This document shows positions 10,335 through 19,489 of a stretch of 64,000 bases of DNA, piece by piece (the stretch's first letter is position 1; every line of letters starts with the position of its first letter). A program made the position numbers and the translations under genes. The DNA comes from a virus. Lineage: Duplodnaviria; Caudoviricetes. The notes below the pieces were generated by a model. It was not told the DNA's origin. It was given only the letters and a program-made list of their open reading frames with translations, and ran no database searches. The stretch spans positions 64,001 through 128,000 of IMG/VR virus record IMGVR_UViG_3300031555_003442; one strand, written 5' to 3'.

Positions 10335-10342
10335 TATAAACT
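10335..10342 (+). promoter_or_regulatory. phage-specific promoter motif TATAAACT
   Basis: 24 nt before the nrdD ATG. Confidence 0.55.
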
Positions 10343-10366
10343 ACAAGCACACATTAAGGAATCTAT

Positions 10367-13129
10367 ATGATTAAGTACGTAATTAAAAGAGATGGCCGAC
10401 GTGCCAAATTTAATCCAACTAAAATTTCTGACGCAATCACGAGTGCCTTCCTCGACAAGGAGATGCAGGTCGGGAAGAAGGAACTAGAAAATCTTACCGA
10501 CAAGGTTTGTGACAAGATTGAAGCCTCTACGGACAAGCCGACGGTTAGCGTCGAGACTATCCAGGACATCGTAGAAGATGTACTCATGTCCAAGGACAAG
10601 TATAAGGAAGTTGCCAAGGCGTACATCCTCTACCGTGCCGAAAGAACCCGCAAGCGTGAATCGAAGAGCAAGATTATCAGCACTATTCAGGAAATCAAGG
10701 CTGCTGACCTCAAAAGTTCCAACATCCTGCGTGACAACGCCAATGAATCTGGAACAACCCCCGCAGGTGCATACGGAAAAATCGCATCTGAAACCAACAA
10801 GACTTACAACATTCTCAATGTCGTGGATAGGAACATCGCCGAGCTCCATACCAAGGGCTACATGCACATCCATGACCTGAACCTTTACGACCTTACTTTC
10901 AACTGTCTTTTTGCCCCAATCGGCAAGCTTCTGGAAAGGGGTTTCGACTCTGGTACTGGCTTTATCCGTTCCCCCAAGTCAATCCAGTCTGCCGCATCTA
11001 TCACCGCCGTAATCCTGCAGCTTCAATCTAACCAGCAGTTCGGTGGCATCGCTTCTGCAAACCTCGATTTCGAACTCGCCCCCTATGTGGACATGTCCTT
11101 CAAGAAGAATCTTGCTTGGATTCTCGCTTCCGACAAGGTGCTGGCCGAAAGAAGTCTTGGTTTCGACTCCTTCGACGACATCGACAATGCCGACATCGAG
11201 AAGGCAATCAAGAAGGAAGCCCACGCTATCCGCAGCCAGATGGCAAAGGACGGCCTCAGCCTCGACATGCCGTTCAAGGATGTCGTCGCAAAGTACGACC
11301 GCAAGGCTGTCGTTCAGGCTTACATCAAGACCAAGGACGATACCTACCAGGCAATGGAAGGCCTCGTACACAATCTCAACTCTCTGCAGTCCCGTTCGGG
11401 CAATCAGGTTCCGTTCAGCTCCCTGAACTTCGGTCTCGATACTTCCCGTTGCGGACGCCTCGTTTCGAGCAACCTTATCGCCGCACAGATGGCTGGCCTC
11501 GGTGACGGACTCACTGCAATCTTCCCGATTCTTATCTTCAAGTACATGAAGGGTGTCACCTATCTCCCTGACGACCCGAACTACGATTTGAAGCAGGCTG
11601 GTATCGCATGTCTTGCACGTCGCTTCTACCCGAATGGCGTCGCCGTTGACAACGAGTTCAACGCCCCGTACATCCGCTACGAATACAATGACGATTTCAA
11701 GCTGACCGATGACACCCTCGTCAAGAAGATTGGTGGCGACCGTGTTGCCAAGTATGGTGAAGTCGCTTCCGAAAACGACATCTATCCTCGTTGGGAAGTC
11801 CGTGTCGAAGGCAAGTACTGGCAGATTTGCCATGGCCGTCTGCAACGCCTCATTCCTGAAAGCACCGTTTCCACGATGGGATGCCGTACAAGGGTTCTCG
11901 GCAACGTGAATGGCCCGCAGCAGACTGTTGGCCGTGGCAACCTTGCGTTCCATACCCTGAACCTCCCGAAGCTCGCTGTCGAAGCCCGTATCGAAGCTTC
12001 CAGCGAAGCTGACCGTATCAAGCTATTCAACGAAAAGCTCGACCGTATGCTTGTTCTCGCAAGGAAGTCCCTTGAAGACCGTTTCGAGGTCATCGCCAAG
12101 AAGACTTACGAGAACTACCCGTTCACCATGCAGCAGGGCCTCTACCTCACGTCAGATGACAAGGTTCACGATATCCACGATACCGTTGCCGAAGTCCTCC
12201 GTCAGGGAACTCTCTCCATCGGTTACATCGGCGTTTACGAAGCCGTTCTCGCTCTCACGGGCAAGACCTGGGGTAAGGACGACGAAGTGTTCGACCTCGG
12301 TTACGAAATGGTCAAGCGCATCCGTGACTTCTGTGACAAGACCCAGAAGGAAACCCACATGAACTGGTCCTGCTTCGCAACTCCTGCCGAAGCCGTCTGC
12401 GGAAGGTTCTGCAACATCGACATGCGTCAGTTCGTCAAGAACCCGTCTATCGAAGCTGACGCTTTCACTAAGGAAAGCGTTGATGCTGAAACCCTCGGCG
12501 AAGAAATCACCGTAAGGGATTATGCGACGAGAAACACCATTAAGGTCAAGTACGCCGACCTTCTCGAAAACAAGGCCAAGTTCATCAACAGCTACGAAGT
12601 CCTCGTCAACGACAAGTGGGGTCTAATCGACTCGATTACGGCACAGAAGCTCGGAGTCAAGTACTGGACCGAATTTGGCTACCGCATGTGGGGTAAGGGC
12701 TACCTGACCAACTCGCACATGCTCCCGTTCGCATTGAAGACCACTCTTGCAAACAAAATCAAGTGGGAAGCTCCGTTCCACAAGATTACCAACGCTGGCC
12801 ACATCTTCTATCACAAGATGGATGGCGACCTCAGCAAGAACCTCGAAGGCGTGGAAAAGGCCATGAACGCCATGTATGAAGGTGGCATGGGCTACTTCAC
12901 TGTGACGATGGATTCGGATACGTGCATCGCTCCGCAGCCTAATGGAAAACCGTGTGGATTCCACGGTGTAATCAATGGCCGTTGCCCGAAGTGCGGCAAT
13001 ATGTTGGAAAAGTACATCATCCGTGTAAGGAGAATCACGGGCTACCTGACTGGTTCTCCCGCAAAGTCGATTTTCGATGTATGGAATCCAGCCAAGAAGA
13101 ATGAACTGGACGACCGTGTGAACATCTAG
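10367..13129 (+). CDS. nrdD: anaerobic (class III) ribonucleoside-triphosphate reductase with ATP cone
   Basis: VIKRDG ATP cone, HIHDL, MGCRT, TPAE, YLTNSH, CxxC zinc site, glycyl-radical RRITGYL. Confidence 0.96.
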   Translation: MIKYVIKRDGRRAKFNPTKISDAITSAFLDKEMQVGKKELENLTDKVCDKIEASTDKPTVSVETIQDIVEDVLMSKDKYKEVAKAYILYRAERTRKRESKSKIISTIQEIKAADLKSSNILRDNANESGTTPAGAYGKIASETNKTYNILNVVDRNIAELHTKGYMHIHDLNLYDLTFNCLFAPIGKLLERGFDSGTGFIRSPKSIQSAASITAVILQLQSNQQFGGIASANLDFELAPYVDMSFKKNLAWILASDKVLAERSLGFDSFDDIDNADIEKAIKKEAHAIRSQMAKDGLSLDMPFKDVVAKYDRKAVVQAYIKTKDDTYQAMEGLVHNLNSLQSRSGNQVPFSSLNFGLDTSRCGRLVSSNLIAAQMAGLGDGLTAIFPILIFKYMKGVTYLPDDPNYDLKQAGIACLARRFYPNGVAVDNEFNAPYIRYEYNDDFKLTDDTLVKKIGGDRVAKYGEVASENDIYPRWEVRVEGKYWQICHGRLQRLIPESTVSTMGCRTRVLGNVNGPQQTVGRGNLAFHTLNLPKLAVEARIEASSEADRIKLFNEKLDRMLVLARKSLEDRFEVIAKKTYENYPFTMQQGLYLTSDDKVHDIHDTVAEVLRQGTLSIGYIGVYEAVLALTGKTWGKDDEVFDLGYEMVKRIRDFCDKTQKETHMNWSCFATPAEAVCGRFCNIDMRQFVKNPSIEADAFTKESVDAETLGEEITVRDYATRNTIKVKYADLLENKAKFINSYEVLVNDKWGLIDSITAQKLGVKYWTEFGYRMWGKGYLTNSHMLPFALKTTLANKIKWEAPFHKITNAGHIFYHKMDGDLSKNLEGVEKAMNAMYEGGMGYFTVTMDSDTCIAPQPNGKPCGFHGVINGRCPKCGNMLEKYIIRVRRITGYLTGSPAKSIFDVWNPAKKNELDDRVNI

Positions 13130-13146
13130 TAATTCCTAAATATGAG

Positions 13147-13180
13147 AAAGCCGTTTGAACTGAGTTTCAAACGGCTTTTT
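13147..13180. terminator. bidirectional intrinsic terminator
   Basis: AAAGCCGTTTGAA...TTCAAACGGCTTTTT. Confidence 0.8.
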
Positions 13181-13185
13181 ATTAC

Positions 13186-13866
13186 TTAGTCCTTGATTTC
13201 CATTCTGGTTTCCACGAGGCTTCCGTACTTACTGCTGGTGGAAAATTCCAGGAGGCCCTTGGTGGTGGCATCCAGTTCGTAGCCACGGTCGTACATGATG
13301 TGGCACCTTAGGACTTCGCACAGCCAGAATGCGTCGGCGATATCGTTCACTGGGGAGTCGTAGTTTCCCTTGAACTCCTCGGGAAACCATTGCGGATACA
13401 TCTCCTCCCAGGCTTGGCACATCGCTGGCTTGCCCGCCTTGCCGTCACCCGTGGCGAAGTTTTTGTTCTGGTCGATGTTGTAGGCTATCACCCCGATTCC
13501 ACGGTCGAAAGCGGAAACTTTGAGCGAGCCAGCAATCTGTGCGAGCTGCAAGATGGAGTTCGTGTCGCAGTTCTTCTGTTTCAGTTTACCGTAAGCTAAG
13601 TCTTCCATTGACATATACTTAACCCCCTCTGTATCTTCCAGAAGGTAGTTGGTAATCCATGACAGGCGGTGGATAAGACCTATCTTGGTCCAACCCTTCG
13701 GCAGGTGCCTGATATGTATCTTGTCGGTCTCGAAACAGCGTTTCTTGGTCTGGTGGTAGCCGTAATACTGCATGTCAACTATGTCGAGGTTCTTGTCCTC
13801 GTCGAGAGTCATAATCACTTTGCCGCTGGAATTTAGCGACTGGTCTATTCCCATTATTTTAAGCAT
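13186..13866 (-). CDS. RuvC-like Holliday junction resolvase
   Basis: IMGIDQSLNSSG, MEDLAYG, ATGDGKAGK, NDIADAFWL catalytic pattern. Confidence 0.82.
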   Translation of the reverse strand: MLKIMGIDQSLNSSGKVIMTLDEDKNLDIVDMQYYGYHQTKKRCFETDKIHIRHLPKGWTKIGLIHRLSWITNYLLEDTEGVKYMSMEDLAYGKLKQKNCDTNSILQLAQIAGSLKVSAFDRGIGVIAYNIDQNKNFATGDGKAGKPAMCQAWEEMYPQWFPEEFKGNYDSPVNDIADAFWLCEVLRCHIMYDRGYELDATTKGLLEFSTSSKYGSLVETRMEIKD

Positions 13867-13892
13867 TTCTGTTCCATTGGGTGCATCCAATG

Positions 13893-13900
13893 TATAAACT
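13893..13900 (+). promoter_or_regulatory. putative late promoter TATAAACT
   Basis: 30 nt before ATG 13931. Confidence 0.6.
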
Positions 13901-13930
13901 ATATTTAATTGGAATCCATAGGATAACAAC

Positions 13931-14272
13931 ATGAAAGTTAAAGCTAATGATTTGTTCGAGAGCTACCTGCAGACGATTTGTAACTCCAAGGCACAATTCG
14001 AAGCCATCAACAATCTCCACAAGCTGTATTTCGAGTCCGAGATGGGTAAGGAAGTCGAAGTCGATGATGACGAATGCTGTAAGGATGGCAAATGCTGTAA
14101 AGACGGCGAGTGCTGTGAAGATGGCAAGTGCTGCAAGGACGGCGAGTGCAAATGCGAAAAGGGCATCAACGAAGCAATCGACGGCGGTCTTGACATCCAG
14201 GCCGAAGCCGACAAGAACGGTCTTACCGTTCCTGAATACGAGCAAGCTTTGGATATGTTCCTCAACCAATAA
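13931..14272 (+). CDS. acidic protein with Cys-rich CC[K/E]DG repeats; possible internal head protein
   Basis: ORF with AGGA RBS and late motif; shares an N-terminal motif with other late proteins. Confidence 0.7.
   Translation: MKVKANDLFESYLQTICNSKAQFEAINNLHKLYFESEMGKEVEVDDDECCKDGKCCKDGECCEDGKCCKDGECKCEKGINEAIDGGLDIQAEADKNGLTVPEYEQALDMFLNQ
14072..14155 (+). repeat. 18-bp degenerate tandem repeat (about 4.5 copies) encoding (E/K)CC(K/E)DG
   Basis: gaatgctgtaaggatggc / aaatgctgtaaagacggc / gagtgctgtgaagatggc / aagtgctgcaaggacggc. Confidence 0.85.
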
Positions 14273-14283
14273 GGGAAGGCGAC

Positions 14284-15234
14284 ATGGATAAGAGAGGATT
14301 TAACATTGCGTTGAACGGTCTGAAGGACAAGTACCCCGACAAGTTGATACTAATCGAGGGTATCCAGCGTGCGTTCAACCGTGAAGTTCCTTCGATTTCA
14401 AGGGATAACCTCCTTGCCCTGTACCAGAATCCAGCCCAGTTCATGATGAAGAAGCCGCTGGAAGATGGTCGTTGGACGACTCAGCTTCACGAATGGGCCG
14501 ACAATGGCGTCGAAGACCTTCTTAACATCAACCCGATTTACCTTGGGGCCAAGAACTCCGTCGGTGACACGGTGCTGATGAACATGGTCGAGTACGCTAT
14601 CGGAAAGACGACCGAGCAAATCAACTTCGACTTCTTGAAGAAGCTTCTCGAAAATCCGCTCGTGTTCGAGTACAAGACGAGCGAGGACGGGGAGTTGTGT
14701 CAGGCGAGCGTGTGGGACATCAAGGATATCACTGGGCGCACCCCGATTGACTATCTCAGCGACATGGCAAGCGGAACTGGAACCTGCCAGGGATGCGACC
14801 CCATAGTTGAACTCGCACCGCTTATCGCCGAGTGGGCATCCATCATGAATGCCGAACTTGACGAAGGAATCGAAGGGCTCGAAGAACCTGCGGAAGAAGA
14901 ACCAGAGGAAGCAGCTCCTCCGACTGAAGAAGAAATCCTTGCGGCAATTTCTGAAGACGAACTTTGCGACGGCGAGAGCGACCCTGGTGATGGCGATGAA
15001 GCGTCTGTCGTTGCTGAACCTGGCTCCGAGGAATACTATCCCGAAACTGGTTCTGGTGCCGTCATTTCCGAAGATACTCCGCTCGATGGTGAGGGGGATG
15101 GTGATGGCGACGATGAATTGCCACAAGAGGCTGCCGCCATGATTCATGAAGAGGTCGGAAAAGACCCGTTCATCCGAGATAAAGGTAATGTTGAAAGAAT
15201 CACCTTGGCAAAGCAGAAGGTGAACCCAGAGTAA
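14284..15234 (+). CDS. ankyrin-repeat-like protein with long acidic C-terminus
   Basis: KNSVGDTVLMN and KDITGRTPIDY ankyrin-like motifs; D/E-rich tail. Confidence 0.6.
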   Translation: MDKRGFNIALNGLKDKYPDKLILIEGIQRAFNREVPSISRDNLLALYQNPAQFMMKKPLEDGRWTTQLHEWADNGVEDLLNINPIYLGAKNSVGDTVLMNMVEYAIGKTTEQINFDFLKKLLENPLVFEYKTSEDGELCQASVWDIKDITGRTPIDYLSDMASGTGTCQGCDPIVELAPLIAEWASIMNAELDEGIEGLEEPAEEEPEEAAPPTEEEILAAISEDELCDGESDPGDGDEASVVAEPGSEEYYPETGSGAVISEDTPLDGEGDGDGDDELPQEAAAMIHEEVGKDPFIRDKGNVERITLAKQKVNPE

Positions 15235-15500
15235 TTACTTTACAGTGGTTACATCGGTTCCATCAGGAAGGGTTTGAGTCATTTTCATACCCGTTTCTGT
15301 TATCTGCACATTGTCGTTCTGGTGTTCGCCGAGAGTTTCAAACTCAGCAAGAGTCGGCGGTTCATTTGTAGCGAGGTCGACGAGCTTGGCTTCTGCAGAA
15401 TTGTCTCCGTAGACTGCGTTGTACAGGTCGCCAACGGCCTCCTTGTCGAGGTCGTCAAGTTCAGGAGAGTCGTTGAGCTCATCTAAAAACTGCGTTTCAT
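15235..15500 (-). pseudogene. about 88-aa acidic protein interrupted by a 1-nt frameshift after codon 5
   Basis: AAGGAG RBS + ATG AAA CGC AGT TTT TAG; the -1 frame is open for 84 codons (LDELNDSPELDDLDKEAVGDLYN...). Confidence 0.6.
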
Positions 15501-16321
15501 TTCTTTGTCTCCTTGGGGAAACCCTTCATGGTTATAACCCCGTTGTCGTTCATCCTAAGCAGCTTGCCGTAGTTTCCAACCTGCCACTCACCCGAGTCTA
15601 CACCCGAATGTCTCGGGTCTTCCCAGAACGAGCGTGTATACCCCTTTATGTTTGGGCCAGGCTTAAATATAGATAAAACTTGGGAATTTGCATAGTTCTT
15701 CATTACATGAAGGATGGATTTTCCGCACAGGTCCTTGTTCCTGAATATCTTGTACCAGACCATGTACTTGTCGTTCGGGTCGGGAACCTTCGGCTTGATT
15801 ACAAGGGCGAATTCTCCCTTGTTGTATTTCAACGCCTTGATGTAGTCGTCGTTGCTGAACTTGTGCGTGGGGAACCCGCCCTCGTTGCAGTAGATGTTGA
15901 CAACGTACTTCCCGTTGCTCATTTCCTTGATTCGGTTAATCCAGTCGGTGAAGGTGTACCCGTGGCAGCCACGTATACCGCTACCGTTCCACTCGCTGAA
16001 TGGGAGATAGGCGAACTGGTATATGTGAATCATCTCGTGAAGGAGTAGCTGTTCGGCCTCGTGCTTCGTGATGTTGTTGTAGAATGTGGAGAGTCTTATC
16101 CTGAATGTCCCGACGTACCATTCGTGGTTCTTCATCGTGCATTCCCTTGTGCGGCGCTTGTTTTTCCAGTACCTGGCGTCTCCCCCGAAAGTCTTTGCGT
16201 TTACAAAACCGAACTCGATATCAGCGGGGAGCTCCCCCTTAAAGAACATAGTGTTAAATTTGTCGTAAGCCTTCCTCATCCAGTCGATGGTAGGCACAAA
16301 CATGACCCTTTCATTCTTCAT
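15497..16321 (-). CDS. SprT-like zinc metalloprotease
   Basis: YDKFNTMFFKGEL, LLHEMIH, downstream HG. Confidence 0.8.
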   Translation of the reverse strand: MKNERVMFVPTIDWMRKAYDKFNTMFFKGELPADIEFGFVNAKTFGGDARYWKNKRRTRECTMKNHEWYVGTFRIRLSTFYNNITKHEAEQLLLHEMIHIYQFAYLPFSEWNGSGIRGCHGYTFTDWINRIKEMSNGKYVVNIYCNEGGFPTHKFSNDDYIKALKYNKGEFALVIKPKVPDPNDKYMVWYKIFRNKDLCGKSILHVMKNYANSQVLSIFKPGPNIKGYTRSFWEDPRHSGVDSGEWQVGNYGKLLRMNDNGVITMKGFPKETKK

Positions 16322-16344
16322 ATTTCCCCCGTGCATCCTACTCA

Positions 16345-16372
16345 AGTTTATAGGAGGGCTGAGGCATAAACT
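16345..16372. promoter_or_regulatory. back-to-back YATAAACT motifs (divergent)
   Basis: TATAAACT on - at 16345-16352; CATAAACT on + at 16365-16372. Confidence 0.6.
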
Positions 16373-16394
16373 ATGGGAAAACAGTGGAGAAAAT

Positions 16395-17258
16395 ATGGCT
16401 AAAATCGCTATTAGCGTCAACGGGGGAGGCGCACTCGGTATCGGTCCCCTGCATTTCATGAGAAAGCTCGAAGAAAGGCTGGGAAAGCCGCTCGACCAGC
16501 TGGCCGTAGCCTATGCGGGAACGTCCACGGGGGCAATCATCGCCGCCTGCCTGTCCGAGGGCATGAAGGCTATGGACCTGTTCGACCTGTACGACAAGAA
16601 CCTTTCCAAGATATTCACTAAGTACCCGTGGTACAAGAGGTTACAACCCAGCTGCCCGACCTACGACAACAGCAACTTGAAGAAGCTGTTGAAGGAAAAG
16701 TTGAACGGAAAGTGCAAGGACTGGAAGAAACCCACCTACATAACGACCACGTTCATGAATGGGGAATCTGTCGAGAAGGTCTGGGACAAGAAGGACGACC
16801 AGGACAAGTGGTTTGCCGTGCTTTCCTCTACCGCCGCTCCTACCTATTTTGACGTTCTGAGCAAGGACGGGAAGTATTACTGCGACGGCGGTATGTGGTC
16901 CAACTCGCCTATCATGGTTCTTGAATCTGGTATCAAGCGGGATTACCCCAAGTGGAAGGACGTAAAGATTCTGTCCTTCAACACGGGAATGGATACCCCG
17001 AACGACGACACCAAGGGAAACAGGAACCTTCTCCAATGGGGCGAGTACATCCTTGACAACTGGGTTGCAAGGGCTGGCAAGAGCGACCTGTTCGAAGCAC
17101 AGGCAAACCTCGGCAAGGACAATGTCTACGAGGTTTCCCCGAAGGTGAAGAAAAAATACAAAATGGATGACCTGTCAATCAAGGACGAGGTCATCCGTAT
17201 CTGGGACGATGAATTCAAACGGGTCGGTAACGACGTTCTGAAATTCATAAAGAGCTAA
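16395..17258 (+). CDS. patatin-like phospholipase
   Basis: GGGALG, GTSTG nucleophile, SSTAAPTYF, DGG. Confidence 0.9.
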   Translation: MAKIAISVNGGGALGIGPLHFMRKLEERLGKPLDQLAVAYAGTSTGAIIAACLSEGMKAMDLFDLYDKNLSKIFTKYPWYKRLQPSCPTYDNSNLKKLLKEKLNGKCKDWKKPTYITTTFMNGESVEKVWDKKDDQDKWFAVLSSTAAPTYFDVLSKDGKYYCDGGMWSNSPIMVLESGIKRDYPKWKDVKILSFNTGMDTPNDDTKGNRNLLQWGEYILDNWVARAGKSDLFEAQANLGKDNVYEVSPKVKKKYKMDDLSIKDEVIRIWDDEFKRVGNDVLKFIKS

Positions 17259-17928
17259 TCTCTGGGGGAGGATACGTAACCTTCGAGTTCGAATGTATGT
17301 CGTATCCTCTCCATTCCATCCAATATCCCATAAGATATTCAGAAAGGTACCCGTAAAGACGTGGTTCCAGTTTTCCGTGCATAACGTCAACGGTAAACTT
17401 TTCCAGCATCGGGAAAAGGAAGCGGGAGTAATCGTCGACCACCCTCTTGTGACCGATGAACATGTTGCAACCAAAGTACCAGTTTTCTTTCAGCATGCGG
17501 TTCATTGCGTAATCGACAAGTTCTATTGAATAGTTGTCACGCAAGTACATGAGCCACTTGAACAGCATCTCCTTGACGATTGTGTCTGTGGTGGCGGTCT
17601 TGTTATGCTTTTCCTGTGCCATCCATGTCATGACATTTTTTCTAAGATGGTTCGGCGACATGATTATGTCGTGTGAGTCGAGGATAGCCCTGATTTTCTC
17701 CTCGGGAAGAATGTAGTTCGGTTTCGTGTAATCTTCCGTGAAGAAGCGGCGGTAATGTTCAAGGCCAACAATGTCGGTATTCACCTGTTTCCACAGCTTG
17801 TATAGACCGCCCAGCTCGCAAAAGTAATGGTGGTCAAGGTAGCAGTTGGTCAAGTTGTAGAAAGCACGGGGACGGCTTGCGCTGATAGGCACCATGTTCG
17901 GGTCAAGTCCACATATAAGGATAAGCAT
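17245..17928 (-). CDS. DUF4422 (GT111-like) glycosyltransferase domain protein
   Basis: YFCELGGLYKLWK, IVGLEHYRR, CNMFI, RLYGYLSE. Confidence 0.8.
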   Translation of the reverse strand: MLILICGLDPNMVPISASRPRAFYNLTNCYLDHHYFCELGGLYKLWKQVNTDIVGLEHYRRFFTEDYTKPNYILPEEKIRAILDSHDIIMSPNHLRKNVMTWMAQEKHNKTATTDTIVKEMLFKWLMYLRDNYSIELVDYAMNRMLKENWYFGCNMFIGHKRVVDDYSRFLFPMLEKFTVDVMHGKLEPRLYGYLSEYLMGYWMEWRGYDIHSNSKVTYPPPEISSL

Positions 17929-19406
17929 TAGATTTCCTCCCTGCAAATAACGGTTCTTTCGGTTTCTTCTAGGTCGCTAAGGTCCTTGTTGAAACGGATG
18001 TGGGGTTGCAGTTTCAACTTGTACTTGTTGAACAGGAGCCATGAACCGAAGGTGAATTCCCCGAGGTAGCCGATATGGCGAAGTTTCTTTTCGGAAACAG
18101 GGTACTTCTTCATGAATTTTCTGGTGTTCGGGAACATCCATTCGCAATACTTGTCTATCAGCTCCTTCTTGGCGATAAACATGTTGCAGCAAATAAGCAT
18201 GTCGTGATGAAGCCAGTCAAGGCAGAACTGCTTGAATCCAGGAGTTCCCTCCTCGACGATATCCAGCCACGCATCGAACATTTTCGTGTAGTGGGAAACT
18301 TCAAGGAAGCTGTATGCGCTCCTTCCCTTGGTATGCTGGTGGAATGCGACGATTGCATCGTATTTTTCGAGGATTTCGATAGCGCTGCTTTTCGGGAGGA
18401 TGGTGTACGAGCTATTTACATCGTAACTTCCGTTGTCCTGCATGACGAAGCACCTGCGGTAATGTTCGAGACCGACATACTTTGCCGTACTGTGCTTGTG
18501 AAGGTAGTATAGAGCAGTCAGTTCGCAGAACCACGGGTTGAACCTGTCGATGTTCGGCTCGTCATGTTCCTCGTCGACAAAGAAGTATTTACGGCACGGG
18601 TCGTTCTCGATGATTCGGGCGACACGGTTCTTTGTGGACGATACGACATAGACTTCCATTTCCTCGTCAGGGTCACTGTCTTTCTTCAACGGAAGCGCAT
18701 GTGAAATCGGCGGTAATAGCTGGTCGTAGTATTCCTGCACGGCCTCGATGATTGCGTCCTTGTTCGGGGGTTCTGGAAGTTCCAATGCGGGTGACAGGTG
18801 CCTGATGTCCAGTTCATAGTCGGCGCATACAATCGCCATGAAAATGTAGGCGGTATCTTCGTTCATCGGAAACGTGATGAAATCGTACTCGTGCATGCAT
18901 GTGAACATCGTCGAGTTTCCTGGCGGATACAGAGTGTCCTGCGGGCATACGATTTCGTAATACTTGTTCGACAGGTTCGTATCTTTCCTTTTCTCGGCAA
19001 GAGTGGAAAATGTTGCAACGGGCTTGTCATCTTCCCGTGACACCTTGACAAGGTTGAAAGCGGCGGTGCAGATACTTTTCGGGAACTTTTCGTGCATCTT
19101 GTACAGTTCTTCGAGACAGTTCGAATCGTAGTTGATTCCCGACTTTACCGAAATTATAGGAAGTGACGGGTATTCGTCCATCCCATATACGATTGCGGCC
19201 AACGGGTTGTCCGTGGGTTCCATCAGATGGGTGTTTACCCTGCTCATTTCCTTGATTGCATCGGGGACGGTAAACCCTTCCGTTTCAGTCTGGATGCACA
19301 GGAGTACGTTAATTTCTGGATTCTTGTTCAGTATTGAGCATACGGTCTTGCGACATTGGCCCAATTCATTTTCTTTAACTTGCAAAACGGCGATAGCTTT
19401 TGTCAT
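17928..19406 (-). CDS. two-domain glycosyltransferase (degenerate GT-A-like N-terminus + DUF4422)
   Basis: NPWFCELTALYYL, YVGLEHYRR, CNMFIAKK, RHIGYLGE. Confidence 0.78.
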   Translation of the reverse strand: MTKAIAVLQVKENELGQCRKTVCSILNKNPEINVLLCIQTETEGFTVPDAIKEMSRVNTHLMEPTDNPLAAIVYGMDEYPSLPIISVKSGINYDSNCLEELYKMHEKFPKSICTAAFNLVKVSREDDKPVATFSTLAEKRKDTNLSNKYYEIVCPQDTLYPPGNSTMFTCMHEYDFITFPMNEDTAYIFMAIVCADYELDIRHLSPALELPEPPNKDAIIEAVQEYYDQLLPPISHALPLKKDSDPDEEMEVYVVSSTKNRVARIIENDPCRKYFFVDEEHDEPNIDRFNPWFCELTALYYLHKHSTAKYVGLEHYRRCFVMQDNGSYDVNSSYTILPKSSAIEILEKYDAIVAFHQHTKGRSAYSFLEVSHYTKMFDAWLDIVEEGTPGFKQFCLDWLHHDMLICCNMFIAKKELIDKYCEWMFPNTRKFMKKYPVSEKKLRHIGYLGEFTFGSWLLFNKYKLKLQPHIRFNKDLSDLEETERTVICREEI

Positions 19407-19453
19407 TTTCGCTCCTTTAATCGCAATTAAAATATATTTTTGGGGTCTAACTC

Positions 19454-19482
19454 TTGCCAAGCGTCTTTAAATAATCTATATT
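19454..19482 (+). promoter_or_regulatory. sigma70-type promoter TTGCCA-N17-TATATT (thyA likely leaderless)
   Basis: ATG lies 7 nt after the -10 box. Confidence 0.7.
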
Positions 19483-19489
19483 GGTTGTC

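Noticed and set aside
10367-13129. Functional intein or group I intron in nrdD or thyA
   Set aside because: Frames are continuous, with no HN-[C/S/T] junction or homing endonuclease motifs
14072-14155. CRISPR array or DGR template/variable repeats
   Set aside because: The repeats seen are short, in-frame coding repeats without spacers; no reverse transcriptase or cas gene is visible
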